In this document: one piece after another, positions 25,811 through 36,439 of the stretch
Numbering within the stretch: position 1 is the first letter of the stretch
Layout: every line of letters starts with the position of its first letter
NCBI GenBank assembly: GCA_049976865.1
Contig: JBMFHK010000001.1
Coordinates: 31,259-95,258 of the forward strand
Direction of reading: 5' to 3'
DNA from: Solirubrobacteraceae bacterium
GTDB taxonomy: Bacteria > Actinomycetota > Thermoleophilia > Solirubrobacterales > Solirubrobacteraceae
DNA: 64,000 nucleotides
The notes under the pieces: generated by a model
Database searches by the model: none
Told to the model about the DNA's origin: nothing
What the model saw: the letters and a program-made list of their open reading frames with translations, nothing else
Position numbers and translations under genes: made by a program

Positions 25811-26902
25811 GTGATGTCACCCACACAACCCACCGAACTGCGGCATACGCCGCTACACGACGCGCATCTAGCTGCGGGCGCCAAGCTCGTCCCATTCGCC
25901 GGATGGGAGATGCCGATCGACTATGGAAGCCTGCGTCAGGAGCACCTTGCGGTGCGCTCGGCGGCGGGCATATTTGATGTCTCGCACATGGGGCAGGTCG
26001 AGGTTTCAGGCCCTGGTGCCGCACAGTGCGTGCAACACCTGGTTTCCAACGACATCAGGCACATTCAGGAGGGAGGGGCTCAGTACTCGCTGCTTTGTAA
26101 TGAGCACGGAGGCGTGCTTGACGACCTGTTCATCTACCGGCTGGCCGAGCAGACGTTCCTGATCATCACCAATGCCGCCAACCATGCTCGCGACCTTGAC
26201 TGGATGCGCTCTCACGCCGACGGTTGTGACGCCGACTTCACCGATCGCATCGATGAGTTCGCGATGCTGGCGGTGCAAGGACCAACGGCCCGTCGTCTTC
26301 TGACACACCTGGCGGACGGCGCCCTGCCACCACGGTTCCACTGCGCCCAGCGTTCTGTGGCCGGCGTGCCGGCTCTGGTCTGTGGCACGGGTTACACCGG
26401 TGAGGACGGAGTGGAGCTGCTGGTCGCGCCAGGCCATGCGGTCTCGCTGTGGGACGCCATTGTGGCGGCTGGCGCAAGGCCCATCGGTCTTGGTGCCCGC
26501 GACACCTTGCGTCTTGAAGCGTGCTTCCACCTGTACGGCAACGATCTCAGTGAAGATCGTGATCCCATCGGGGCGGGCCTCGGCTGGGCCTGCGCTGAGG
26601 GTACGGGCTTCATTGGCTCTGAACCCATTGCGGCGATCCGTGCGGCCGGACCGGCACAGAAGCTGGTCCCGTTTGTGATCGACGGTCCTGGCATCGCGCG
26701 GCAGGGCAATCCGGTGGTGGGTGGCGGTGTCGTCACCAGCGGATCTTTCTCCCCAAGCCTTGAGCAGGGCATCGGTTTGGCGTATGTGCCAGCCAGTGCT
26801 GCCGCCGTTGGCACCAGTTTTCAGATTGACGTTCGCGGCACCATCCGCAACGCCACCGTTCACGCAAAGCCTCTCTTTTCGAAAGGACCGATTGATGGCT
26901 GA
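25811..26902 (+). CDS. gcvT: glycine cleavage system aminomethyltransferase (T protein)
   Basis: The N-terminus TPLHDAHLAAGAKLVPFAGWEMPIDYGS is typical of GcvT. It is followed by gcvH and gcvP. Confidence 0.9.
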   Translation: MMSPTQPTELRHTPLHDAHLAAGAKLVPFAGWEMPIDYGSLRQEHLAVRSAAGIFDVSHMGQVEVSGPGAAQCVQHLVSNDIRHIQEGGAQYSLLCNEHGGVLDDLFIYRLAEQTFLIITNAANHARDLDWMRSHADGCDADFTDRIDEFAMLAVQGPTARRLLTHLADGALPPRFHCAQRSVAGVPALVCGTGYTGEDGVELLVAPGHAVSLWDAIVAAGARPIGLGARDTLRLEACFHLYGNDLSEDRDPIGAGLGWACAEGTGFIGSEPIAAIRAAGPAQKLVPFVIDGPGIARQGNPVVGGGVVTSGSFSPSLEQGIGLAYVPASAAAVGTSFQIDVRGTIRNATVHAKPLFSKGPIDG

Positions 26903-27277
26903 ACCAACCTACCCGGACGATCTGCATTACCACGCAGAGCATGACTGGGCCCGCATCGAGGGTGATGAGGCGACCTTTGGAATCACCTGGTATGCGCAGG
27001 ACTCGCTTGGTGAGATCGTCTTCTTCACCCCTCCCGCGATCGGCACGACCTTAACAGCCGGCGAGTACTACACGGAGGTGGAATCGGTGAAGGCCGTCTC
27101 TGACGTGCTCGCGCCGCTGTCAGGCGAGGTGATCGCCGTCAACGAGGATCTGGCCAATAATCCGCAGCTGGTCAACGAAGACCCGTATGGCACCGGTTGG
27201 CTTGTGCGAGTGAAGCTCTCCGATCCGTCAGAGGCGCAGGCGCTGATGGACTCAGCAACCTACGTGGCGTCACTGTC

Positions 27278-27281
<4 letters not shown>
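26895..27281 (+). CDS. gcvH: glycine cleavage system H protein
   Basis: Lipoyl-lysine motif VESVKAVSDV. The start ATG at 26895 overlaps the gcvT end by 8 nt. Confidence 0.9.
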
Positions 27282-28590
<1,309 letters not shown>

Positions 28591-28594
<4 letters not shown>

Positions 28595-30117
28595 GCAACG
28601 CAGTCACAGACCGGCACCTGTCAAACATTCAGGCCGCCGACGACGAGCTGACGATCTTTCAGCGGTCCAAGCCGGGGCGCCGGGCGTTCATGCCACCGCC
28701 GCTGGACGTCCCAGACCGTCAACTGTCCGATCTCATCCCGGCAGATCTCCTGCGTGAGACGCCCGCCGCCCTGCCGGAGGTCTCTGAGCCTGAGATCGTC
28801 CGCCATTACAACCGCCTGTCGAAGCGCAACTTCGATCTGGACACCGGGTTCTATCCGCTCGGGTCATGCACGATGAAGCACAACCCGAAGCTCAACGAGC
28901 GCGTGGCCGGCCTTCCCGGCAACCATCGTCTGCATCCGCTCCAGCGGCCCGAGGCGGCTCAGGGGGCGCTTGAGCTGATGTGGAACCTGCAGCAGGCGCT
29001 GGCGGAGATTGCGGGGCTGCCTTACGTGTCGCTGCAGCCCAGCGCCGGTTCTCATGGCGAGCTGACCGGTGTGCTGGTGTCTCGCGCTTACCACGAGGAC
29101 CGTGGTCAGCTGCGCACGCAGGTGCTGACGCCGGACACCGCACATGGAACCAACCCGGCGACTGTGGCCATGGCGGGTTTTGAGCCGATCAAAATCGCCA
29201 CCGACGCCAATGGCAACGTGGACCTTGACGACCTGCGCGCCAAAGCCACGCCGGACGTCGCGTGTCTGATGCTGACCAATCCGTCCACGCTGGGACTGTT
29301 TGAGTCACACATCGTTGAGATCGCTGAGATCGTGCACGGTGTGGGCGCCACCCTTTACTACGACGGGGCGAACCTCAACGCGGTCATGGGGCTCTCCCGG
29401 CCCGGTGACATGGGGTTTGACATCGTGCACTTCAACCTGCACAAATCGTTCTCACAGCCCCACGGGGGTGGCGGGCCTGGCTCCGGCCCGATCGCGGTCG
29501 CACCTCACATTGAGCCGTTCCTGCCCAGACCGCAGGTGGTCAAAAAGCAGGACGGCACCTTTGACCTTGACTTCGACCGGCCCAAGTCGATCGGCCGCAT
29601 GCGCGGTTTCCAGGGTAACTACGGTGTGTTTGTCCGCAGCTACGCGTACATCAGGTCGCTGGGTGCCAGCGGGCTTCGTGAGGCCTCAGAGGTGGCCGTG
29701 CTCAACGCGAACTACCTGCTTGCCAAGTTGCGGGCCGAGGGCGTGTTTGAACAGCTGCCCGTCGCCTATGACCGGATCTGCAAACACGAGTTCGTGCTCA
29801 GCGGAGAGCCCATGAAACGCAACCTGGGTATCAGGACGCTTGACCTGGCCAAGCGCCTGCTGGACCACGGGGTTCACCCGCCAACCGTCTACTTCCCGCT
29901 GATCGTTGAGGAGGCTTTGATGGTCGAGCCGACCGAGACAGAGACGCGTGAGACGCTCGACCGTTTCGCAGCCACCGTGGCTGAGGTTCTGCGCGAAGCC
30001 GCCCAGGACCCGGACGTGGCTCGCGGGGCGCCCTACACCACTCCGGTCAGGCGTCTGGACGAGGCTGCCGCGGCACGTAACCCGGTTCTGCGCCAACCGC
30101 TACCACAGGCTGGGTGA
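28591..30117 (+). CDS. gcvPB: glycine dehydrogenase (decarboxylating) subunit 2
   Basis: PLP-lysine region FNLHKSFSQPHGGGGPG. The start forms an ATGA overlap with gcvPA. Confidence 0.9.
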
Positions 30118-30163
30118 GGTCCGGCGCAGGCCGTCGGCCTGGTGTCAGCGCAGGGAGTTCAGA

Positions 30164-31291
30164 TTGCACATAGATATCGCAGAGAGCCAGGTCAGCCGCG
30201 TGGTGGACGAGACGCGTCAGCTCGTCGCACTGTCCACACCGTCAGGCGAGCAGGCCCAGACTGAGGCTGCCATGGCTCTCTGCGCTGGTTTTCTGCCCGG
30301 CGGGGCGTCCGTACAGCGCGTCGCCAGCGCAACTGACGGCTGCGTCGCGGATCTGATTGCCAAGATGGCCGGTCACGGCCGTGCCCGGCTGCTGCTGTTG
30401 GGACATCTTGACACCGTGTTCAGCCATGCGGAGCATCGGCCGCCCCATGTGGACGGGCAGCGGCTCTACGGCTCCGGCGTGATCGACATGAAGGGTGGCG
30501 TGGCGTTTGCGCTGGCGCTGGCCCGGCTGCTTGACCCCGTCGGCTATGCGGAGATGTCGCTGCTGCTGGTCACCGACGAGGAATGGCGGACCGCGCCGTT
30601 TGCCCACAGCGACCGGTTCGGCGGATACGACGCCTGTCTGTGCTTTGAGGCTGGTGAAGCAGACGCGCATGGCATAAACGGTGTGGTGGTGCAGCGCAAG
30701 GGTGCAGGCACGCTGCGCGTGCTTGCCAGCGGCCGGGCGGCCCATTCCGGCGTGGCGCCTGAGAGTGGACGCAACGCGCTGCTGGCGCTTGCAGACGTTG
30801 CAATCCGCGGCGCCGCTCTGTCGGAGCCCAACGGTGATGATTTGCTGACCGTGGTGCCGACCGTGCTCAACGCCGGCGGCGCCTCCAACGTCGTTCCCGC
30901 CGGCGGCGAGCTTGTGTTTGATATCCGTGCCGCTCACACCGAGGCGTTCGCCCGTGTTCGTGACTCGGTGCCCCAGGAGCTTGACGGGGTCAGGCTGCAG
31001 GCGGTGCTTGACCGAGTCTGGCCTGCCATGAACTCTCGGCACGCCGCCGAACCGGTGCTCGCCCGCGCCGCGGCGCAACTGGGGCGCCCGGTCGTTGGCC
31101 GTTCACGTGGCGGCGCCAGCGACGCCAGCCATTTCGCCGGGCAGATCCCGATCACGATCGACGGGCTTGGTCCGCGCGGCGCTGGTGCTCACACGCCTGA
31201 GGAACACCTGGATCTGGGTTCGCTGCAGGACAGGCTGGCTGTGGCACTGGCGGTTGCCGAGGCTGTCATCCTTGGTGTTGATCATGGCTGA
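30164..31291 (+). CDS. M20-family metallopeptidase (carboxypeptidase G2-like)
   Basis: Motifs LLLLGHLDTV, GVIDMKGG and VTDEEW. I placed the start at TTG 30164, preceded by GGAG; the longest ORF begins at 29948, inside gcvPB. Confidence 0.75.
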   Translation: MHIDIAESQVSRVVDETRQLVALSTPSGEQAQTEAAMALCAGFLPGGASVQRVASATDGCVADLIAKMAGHGRARLLLLGHLDTVFSHAEHRPPHVDGQRLYGSGVIDMKGGVAFALALARLLDPVGYAEMSLLLVTDEEWRTAPFAHSDRFGGYDACLCFEAGEADAHGINGVVVQRKGAGTLRVLASGRAAHSGVAPESGRNALLALADVAIRGAALSEPNGDDLLTVVPTVLNAGGASNVVPAGGELVFDIRAAHTEAFARVRDSVPQELDGVRLQAVLDRVWPAMNSRHAAEPVLARAAAQLGRPVVGRSRGGASDASHFAGQIPITIDGLGPRGAGAHTPEEHLDLGSLQDRLAVALAVAEAVILGVDHG

Positions 31292-31931
31292 CAGCGATCA
31301 GGACAAAAGCTTGGCGGGCTGGCGGCGGCGTCTCGGTGGAAACGGCAGCGACCCGGCCGGTGGGGTGCTGCTGCTGTTTGCGATCGTCGCTGTGATGTGG
31401 CTGGTGGAGGTGGTCAACGCCTTAGACGCAAACCGGCTGGACTCAGACGGGCTCTACGCGCGCAACCTCAGCCGCATCTGGGGCATTCTGACGTCGCCGT
31501 TCATTCACGCAAGCTTTGCGCACCTGGCGGACAATTCCGTGCCTCTGCTGTTGCTGGGCCTGATCATCGCGGCCCATGGAGCGCGGCGGCTGGCGGTCGT
31601 AACCGGCTTGATCATCGTGATCGGCGGGCTCGGCACGTGGCTGATCTCGCCCGGCGGCGTGTCAACGATCGGCGCTAGCGGCGTGGTCTTTGGCTACGCG
31701 ACCTACCTGATGGCACGTGGCTTCTTTGACCGCAAGATCTGGGAGCTCGGGGTGGGTCTGGTGGTCGGCGTCATTTGGGGCTGGGCGTTGCTCTCAAGCT
31801 TGATCCCGCACGCCGGCATCTCCTGGCAGGGCCATGTGTGCGGCGCGATCGCGGGCGTGCTGGTCGCCTGGCGCTTCGCGGCCGCCGACCGGCAAAGCCG
31901 GGCGGCGGCCGTGCCTGGCAGCGTCGCCTGA
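31284..31931 (+). CDS. rhomboid-family intramembrane serine protease
   Basis: Motifs FIHASFAHLADN and catalytic IGASGVVFGY, with a downstream His (WQGHVCGAIAG). There are 6 TM-like segments. Confidence 0.8.
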   Translation: MADSDQDKSLAGWRRRLGGNGSDPAGGVLLLFAIVAVMWLVEVVNALDANRLDSDGLYARNLSRIWGILTSPFIHASFAHLADNSVPLLLLGLIIAAHGARRLAVVTGLIIVIGGLGTWLISPGGVSTIGASGVVFGYATYLMARGFFDRKIWELGVGLVVGVIWGWALLSSLIPHAGISWQGHVCGAIAGVLVAWRFAAADRQSRAAAVPGSVA

Positions 31932-32062
31932 CGACGAGCCTCCTCAGCGGCTGATTGTGTTTGAAGCCGTCGCCTGGCGCCCGGCGGCCGCAGACTGGGC
32001 AGGCGCGAGTTCTGGGCTGCGCTGCGCGCCTGAGAGCCCAGCCGGGTAGCCTTGTTTTGCAG

Positions 32063-33064
32063 ATGCGCATCTTCTCTGGAATTCAGCCCACTGGCCGTAA
32101 ACACCTGGGCAACTACATCGGCGCGATCCGGCAGTACGTCGCCGGACAAGACCGCGGTGAGAGCATCTACTGCATCGTCGATTTGCACGCCACCACGGTC
32201 GCCTATAACCCCGTGGCGCTGCGCAGCGGCCTCTATGATCTGGCTGCACTGCTGCTGGCTGCGGGGCTTGACCCGCAGCGCTGCGTGTTCTTCCGTCAAA
32301 GCGATGTGCCAGAGCATGCCGAGTTGCAGTGGCTTCTGATGAGCGTCACCGCTTACGGTGAGCTGAGCCGCATGACGCAGTTCAAAGACAAGTCCGCGCA
32401 GCAGGAGTTCATCTCCGCCGGGATCTTCAGCTATCCGGTGCTGATGGCGGCAGACATCTTGCTCTATGACACAGATCAAGTGCCGGTCGGCGACGATCAG
32501 CGCCAGCATGTCGAACTGGCGCGTGACGTGGCTGCACGGTTCAACGCACGTTTTGGCGAAACGTTCGTGATACCCAGGGGTGTTTTTCCCGAGGTTGGAG
32601 CGAGGATCATGGATCTGCAGGCTCCTGAACGGAAGATGTCGACCACGGGCGGCACCCCGCAGGGAACGGTTTATGTGCTTGACGAACCGGCGGTGGTCCT
32701 CAAGAAGTTTCGCTCGGCGGTCACCGATTCCGGACGTGAGATCCGGCGTGGCGGTCCGGAGAAGGCCGGTGTGACCAACCTCCTTGAGATTCTCGCGGCC
32801 ATCGGCGGTACCTCGCTTGACGACCTGGAGGCTCACTTCGACGGGGTCGGCTACGGCGATCTGAAGAAGGCTGTCGCTGACGCGGTGGTTGAGACACTGG
32901 CCCCTGTCCGGGAGCGATACGGGCAGCTGCGTGCTGACGAGGACACGTTGGAGGAGATCCTGCGGCTTGGGTCCGTAAAGGCTCAACAGCTTGCCGCGGC
33001 GAAAATGCTCGCGGTCCGCGAGGCCATGGGTGTCGGCCCGAGACACGCCGTGTCGCGCGTCTAG
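32063..33064 (+). CDS. trpS: tryptophanyl-tRNA synthetase
   Basis: Starts MRIFSGIQPTGRKHLGNYIGA (HIGH-type motif) and has a KMSKS-type RKMSTTGG. Confidence 0.9.
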   Translation: MRIFSGIQPTGRKHLGNYIGAIRQYVAGQDRGESIYCIVDLHATTVAYNPVALRSGLYDLAALLLAAGLDPQRCVFFRQSDVPEHAELQWLLMSVTAYGELSRMTQFKDKSAQQEFISAGIFSYPVLMAADILLYDTDQVPVGDDQRQHVELARDVAARFNARFGETFVIPRGVFPEVGARIMDLQAPERKMSTTGGTPQGTVYVLDEPAVVLKKFRSAVTDSGREIRRGGPEKAGVTNLLEILAAIGGTSLDDLEAHFDGVGYGDLKKAVADAVVETLAPVRERYGQLRADEDTLEEILRLGSVKAQQLAAAKMLAVREAMGVGPRHAVSRV

Positions 33065-33131
33065 CGTCGAAATCCTCGCTGGCAGCAAAGCTTCGCCGGA
33101 GGTGCCGCTTTGAACGCAAGCGGGCCCAGCC

Positions 33132-33156
33132 CCGGTGCGCAATCGGTGCGCACCGG
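33132..33156 (+). terminator. GC-rich hairpin downstream of trpS (possible terminator, no clear U-tract)
   Basis: CCGGTGCGC (33132..33140) pairs with GCGCACCGG (33148..33156) around a 7-nt loop. Confidence 0.35.
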
Positions 33157-33215
33157 TCTGGGCGGGCGGCGCAGTGGTTTCGGCACGGTCCGGCACCGTC
33201 GCTAATCTCGCGTCG

Positions 33216-34055
33216 ATGATGTTTGGCGCTCCCAACGCAGTTGCGATCCCCGCCAGGCGGCGCCGGCCGCTGCGGCTGGTTGACTTGGAGCTTGACCTTG
33301 AGGTGTTCGCCGGCCCGTTTGACCTGCTGCTGACGCTCATCCTGCGCGAGGAGGTGGACTTACTTGAGGTCGACCTCGCGGATGTTGTGATCTCCTATGT
33401 TGACCACCTGGAGTCTTGCGGTGAGCTTGATCTTGAGGCCGCCACCGAGTTTCTGATCCTCATCACCGCGCTGCTGGAGCTGAAGTCACGTCTGATGTTG
33501 CCTGGAGAGCAGCTCCAGGAGCTTGAGATCGACCCTGCCGAGGCGGAGTCAGAGTTGATCCAGCGACTGCTTGACGCTCACCGCTACCGCGCCGCCGCTG
33601 AGCATCTGCGGTCTCTGCTGAGCGCCCAGGAGGGGTACCGGTTCCGCTGCGCACCGCTGCCGGCGCAGCTGCGCAAAGCGTCGCTGCCGGGCGCCGAAGC
33701 TGTCTATGCGCCGCACCGTCTCGCCCGCGCGATCAGTGAGCTGCTGATGGCGCCGGCCGAGCTTGATCTGCGCCACATCGTTGCACCCAGGGTGACCGTT
33801 GCCGAGCGCCTGGACGCCTTGCGCAAGCTGCTTGCGCAAGGCTCGTTCAACTTCGATGCAGCTGTGACCGGTGTCGACCGGATGACGGTCGCGGTGACGC
33901 TCTACGCGGTCCTGGAACTCTACAAGCAGGGTGATCTCGTCTGGATCCAGGATGAACCGTTTGGTGAGATCCGGATTGAGGCGACCCGCCAGCCCGACGC
34001 ACGGGCGCTGGGTGTCAGCGAGGCGCAGCGTCCTGCGCTTAGGCGGATCGCGTGA
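33216..34055 (+). CDS. scpA: segregation and condensation protein A
   Basis: Contains FAGPFDLLLTLILREEVDLLEVDLADVVISYVDHL. The start is uncertain; ATG 33216 is my choice. Confidence 0.85.
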   Translation: MMFGAPNAVAIPARRRRPLRLVDLELDLEVFAGPFDLLLTLILREEVDLLEVDLADVVISYVDHLESCGELDLEAATEFLILITALLELKSRLMLPGEQLQELEIDPAEAESELIQRLLDAHRYRAAAEHLRSLLSAQEGYRFRCAPLPAQLRKASLPGAEAVYAPHRLARAISELLMAPAELDLRHIVAPRVTVAERLDALRKLLAQGSFNFDAAVTGVDRMTVAVTLYAVLELYKQGDLVWIQDEPFGEIRIEATRQPDARALGVSEAQRPALRRIA

Positions 34056-34627
34056 ACCTTGGGCTGGCGGGCACGCTGGAGGCGCTGCTGTTTCTCTCGG
34101 CGGATCCGGTGACGCTCGACGCGTTGGCGCAGGCGGTGGAGCGCGAGCCGCAAGACGTTGCCCTGGCGCTTGCGCAGCTGGCCCGGCGCTACGAGGCGCA
34201 GGGTCGCGGTCTGCTGTTGCGCGAGCTGGCGGGCGGTTGGGTGCTTTCCTCTCACCCTGACGCGGAGGATGCTGCGCGGCGGCTGTTGGCGCGGCCAAGG
34301 ACAGCCGCGTTGACTCCAGCGCAGGCTGAGACGCTGGCGATCATCGCCTACCTGCAGCCGGTCTCACGGCCGGAAATCGCGCGGATCCGAGGCGTCAACG
34401 CCGAGTCGGCAGCCGCCACCCTGCTTGAGCGTGGGCTTATCGAAGAGGCGGGCCGGTCACAGTTCGGCGCGGTGCTGTACAGCACCACGGAACTGTTTTT
34501 GCGCCAGTTCGGACTAAAGGGCCTGGAGCAGCTGCCACCAATCAGCGCCTTTGATCCATCCCCGGAGCTCGAGCAGGAGCTGCGTGAACGGTTGCTGCGC
34601 GCCGGAGAGGCGCGGGTCCGTGAGTGA
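34052..34627 (+). CDS. scpB: segregation and condensation protein B
   Basis: Contains LEALLFLSADPVTLDALA, LSPAQAETLAIIAYLQPVSRPEIARIRGV. The start overlaps the scpA stop. Confidence 0.9.
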   Translation: MNLGLAGTLEALLFLSADPVTLDALAQAVEREPQDVALALAQLARRYEAQGRGLLLRELAGGWVLSSHPDAEDAARRLLARPRTAALTPAQAETLAIIAYLQPVSRPEIARIRGVNAESAAATLLERGLIEEAGRSQFGAVLYSTTELFLRQFGLKGLEQLPPISAFDPSPELEQELRERLLRAGEARVRE

Positions 34628-34628
34628 G

Positions 34629-35654
34629 TCACACCTGCTGTTCAGAGCTGACGGCGGTTGCGTGCTCGTGACTGAGACGGCCTGCGGCCAGCTGGCCGCA
34701 GGCCGCTGCGATCTCGCGACCTCGCGTGAGCCTCACGGTGGCTCCCAAACCGTGGCGCTCAAGCTCCTCGCGGAAGGCGGCTATGACGGCTGGTGTTGAG
34801 CCCTGCATGTCGGCTGCCGTGGGGTTGTAGGGGATCAGGTTGATCTTGAAGATCTTCGGGTCAAGCAGCGCCGCCAGCTGACGTGCCTGGGCGCGTGAAT
34901 CGTTGATCGCGGCGAGCATCACGTACTCCACAAAGACCATCCGCCTCTTCTGCGCGTAGAAGCTCTGGCAGGCGTCGATCACGTCGGTCAGCGGGTAACG
35001 GTCGTTGACAGGCATCAGCTGCGATCGCAGCTCGGGGTCGGCGGCGTGCAGTGACAGCGCCAGGCGCAGCGGCATGGGGTCCTGGGCAAGTCTCGTGATG
35101 CCCGGGATCCAGCCGACCGTCGAGAGTGCGGTGCGACGGTTGCCGATGCCGACCTCCGGTAACAGCCGGCAGGCCGCCAGCACGTTATCCAGGTTCATCA
35201 TCGGTTCGCCCATCCCCATGAACACGCAGTGGTCAACCTCGGTCATGCGCCGGAAGTGCAGTGCCTGATCGAGGATCTCCCAGGTGTTGAGGTTGCGCCC
35301 GAAACTCATCTGACCGGTTGCGCAGAAGCTGCAGGTGAGCGGGCATCCGGACTGGGAGGAGATGCACAGTGATCGCCGGCCGTCCCGGTAGCGCATCAAC
35401 ACCGCCTCGACGGGCCGCCCGTCAGCGGTTTGCATGAGCGCTTTGACGGTCCCGTCCGCAGCGGTCTGCTCCTGCAGGACGGTGAGTGTGGACAGCGGCA
35501 CACGCTGGCTGAGCGTGTCGCGCAGCTTGGCCGGCAGGTTGGTCATCTCGGCGTAGGAACGGGCGCCGCCCGCCAGCCATTTCCAGATCTGCGCGCCACG
35601 GTAGCGGGGCTCGCCGAGCTCCTGGAGCGTTGTTGAAAGCAGGTTCAAATCCAC
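34629..35654 (-). CDS. rlmN: 23S rRNA/tRNA (adenine-C2)-methyltransferase, radical SAM
   Basis: Contains YRGAQIWKWL, the radical-SAM cluster CISSQSGCPLTCSFCATG, and a C-terminal AACGQL. Confidence 0.9.
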   Translation of the reverse strand: MDLNLLSTTLQELGEPRYRGAQIWKWLAGGARSYAEMTNLPAKLRDTLSQRVPLSTLTVLQEQTAADGTVKALMQTADGRPVEAVLMRYRDGRRSLCISSQSGCPLTCSFCATGQMSFGRNLNTWEILDQALHFRRMTEVDHCVFMGMGEPMMNLDNVLAACRLLPEVGIGNRRTALSTVGWIPGITRLAQDPMPLRLALSLHAADPELRSQLMPVNDRYPLTDVIDACQSFYAQKRRMVFVEYVMLAAINDSRAQARQLAALLDPKIFKINLIPYNPTAADMQGSTPAVIAAFREELERHGLGATVRLTRGREIAAACGQLAAGRLSHEHATAVSSEQQV

Positions 35655-35678
35655 AGCAGGCCCTATGGTGGCAGGTAC

Positions 35679-36434
35679 ATGCGTCTAGCCAAGTTCATCG
35701 CCACCGCTGGGCTGGCCTCGCGCCGGGCAGCGGAGCAGATCATCCGCAGTGGCCGTGTGAGCGTCGGCTCCGAGACAGTCACCGACCCCGCTCGTCAGGT
35801 GGATGCGGACAGTGCCGTCAAACTCGACGGCGTGCCGGTCAGCCTCGCGGCTCAGCAACCTGTCGTGTATGCGGTCAACAAGCCGGCAGGGGTGGTTTCC
35901 ACGGCGCATGACCCGCATCACCGTCGGACCGTGGTGTCGCTGGTTGAGACCCCGATGCGGCTGTACCCGGTGGGACGGCTTGACATTGATGTCACCGGCC
36001 TGATCCTGTTGACCAATGACGGGGATCTCGCCTATCGGCTTACGCACCCGAGTTTCGAGGTTGAGAAGACCTATCGGGTGGTGGTGGGCGGCGGTCCGGT
36101 GCTGGCGGGTGCGCTGCGCAGGTTGCGGGGCGGTGTGATGCTTGACGATGGGATGACGGCGCCGGCACGTGTCAGGCGCCTTGCCCCTGACACCATTGAG
36201 ATCATCCTGCATGAGGGTCGCAAGCGGCAGGTGAAACGCATGTGTGAGACGGTCGGCCACCCCGTGCGCCAGCTGGTGCGGGTGAGGTTCGGGCCGCTTG
36301 CGCTGGGCGATCTTGCCGTTGGCGCCAGCCGGCGCCTGAGCGACGCCGAGATGGCGCTGTTGCGCGCCGCCGGTGGTGCGGGTGGCGCGCGCAGTGCTGG
36401 CGGCGCGCGCAGTGCTGGCGGCGCGCGCACGTAA
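35679..36434 (+). CDS. rluB: RsuA/RluB-family pseudouridine synthase
   Basis: S4 domain (MRLAKFIATAGLASRRAAEQIIRSGRVSV) and catalytic GRLDIDVTGLILLTNDG. Confidence 0.85.
   Translation: MRLAKFIATAGLASRRAAEQIIRSGRVSVGSETVTDPARQVDADSAVKLDGVPVSLAAQQPVVYAVNKPAGVVSTAHDPHHRRTVVSLVETPMRLYPVGRLDIDVTGLILLTNDGDLAYRLTHPSFEVEKTYRVVVGGGPVLAGALRRLRGGVMLDDGMTAPARVRRLAPDTIEIILHEGRKRQVKRMCETVGHPVRQLVRVRFGPLALGDLAVGASRRLSDAEMALLRAAGGAGGARSAGGARSAGGART
36384..36431 (+). repeat. 18-nt tandem repeat (about 2.6 copies) at the 3' end of rluB
   Basis: GGCGCGCGCAGTGCTGGC occurs at 36384..36401 and 36402..36419, with a partial third copy. It encodes (GARSAG)n. Confidence 0.9.
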
Positions 36435-36439
36435 GCCGT

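Noticed and set aside
31932-32062. T-box or Trp-leader control of trpS
   Set aside because: The 131-nt gap is too short for a T-box. It holds a 7-bp hairpin (CTGGGCT/AGCCCAG, 32012..32041) and an ORF with two separated Trp codons. There is no tandem Trp run and no specifier/antiterminator architecture. The evidence is insufficient.
31703-33340. 545-aa ORF on the minus strand
   Set aside because: It lies antisense to the well-supported trpS and rhomboid genes. Its composition is Arg/Ala/Pro-rich and lacks motifs. This is a typical long spurious ORF of G+C-rich DNA.
34620-34635. Terminator between the convergent scpB and rlmN genes
   Set aside because: The stop codons are 1 nt apart (TGA-G-TCA). 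Only a trivial GTGA/TCAC palindrome is present, and there is no stem-loop of terminator size.
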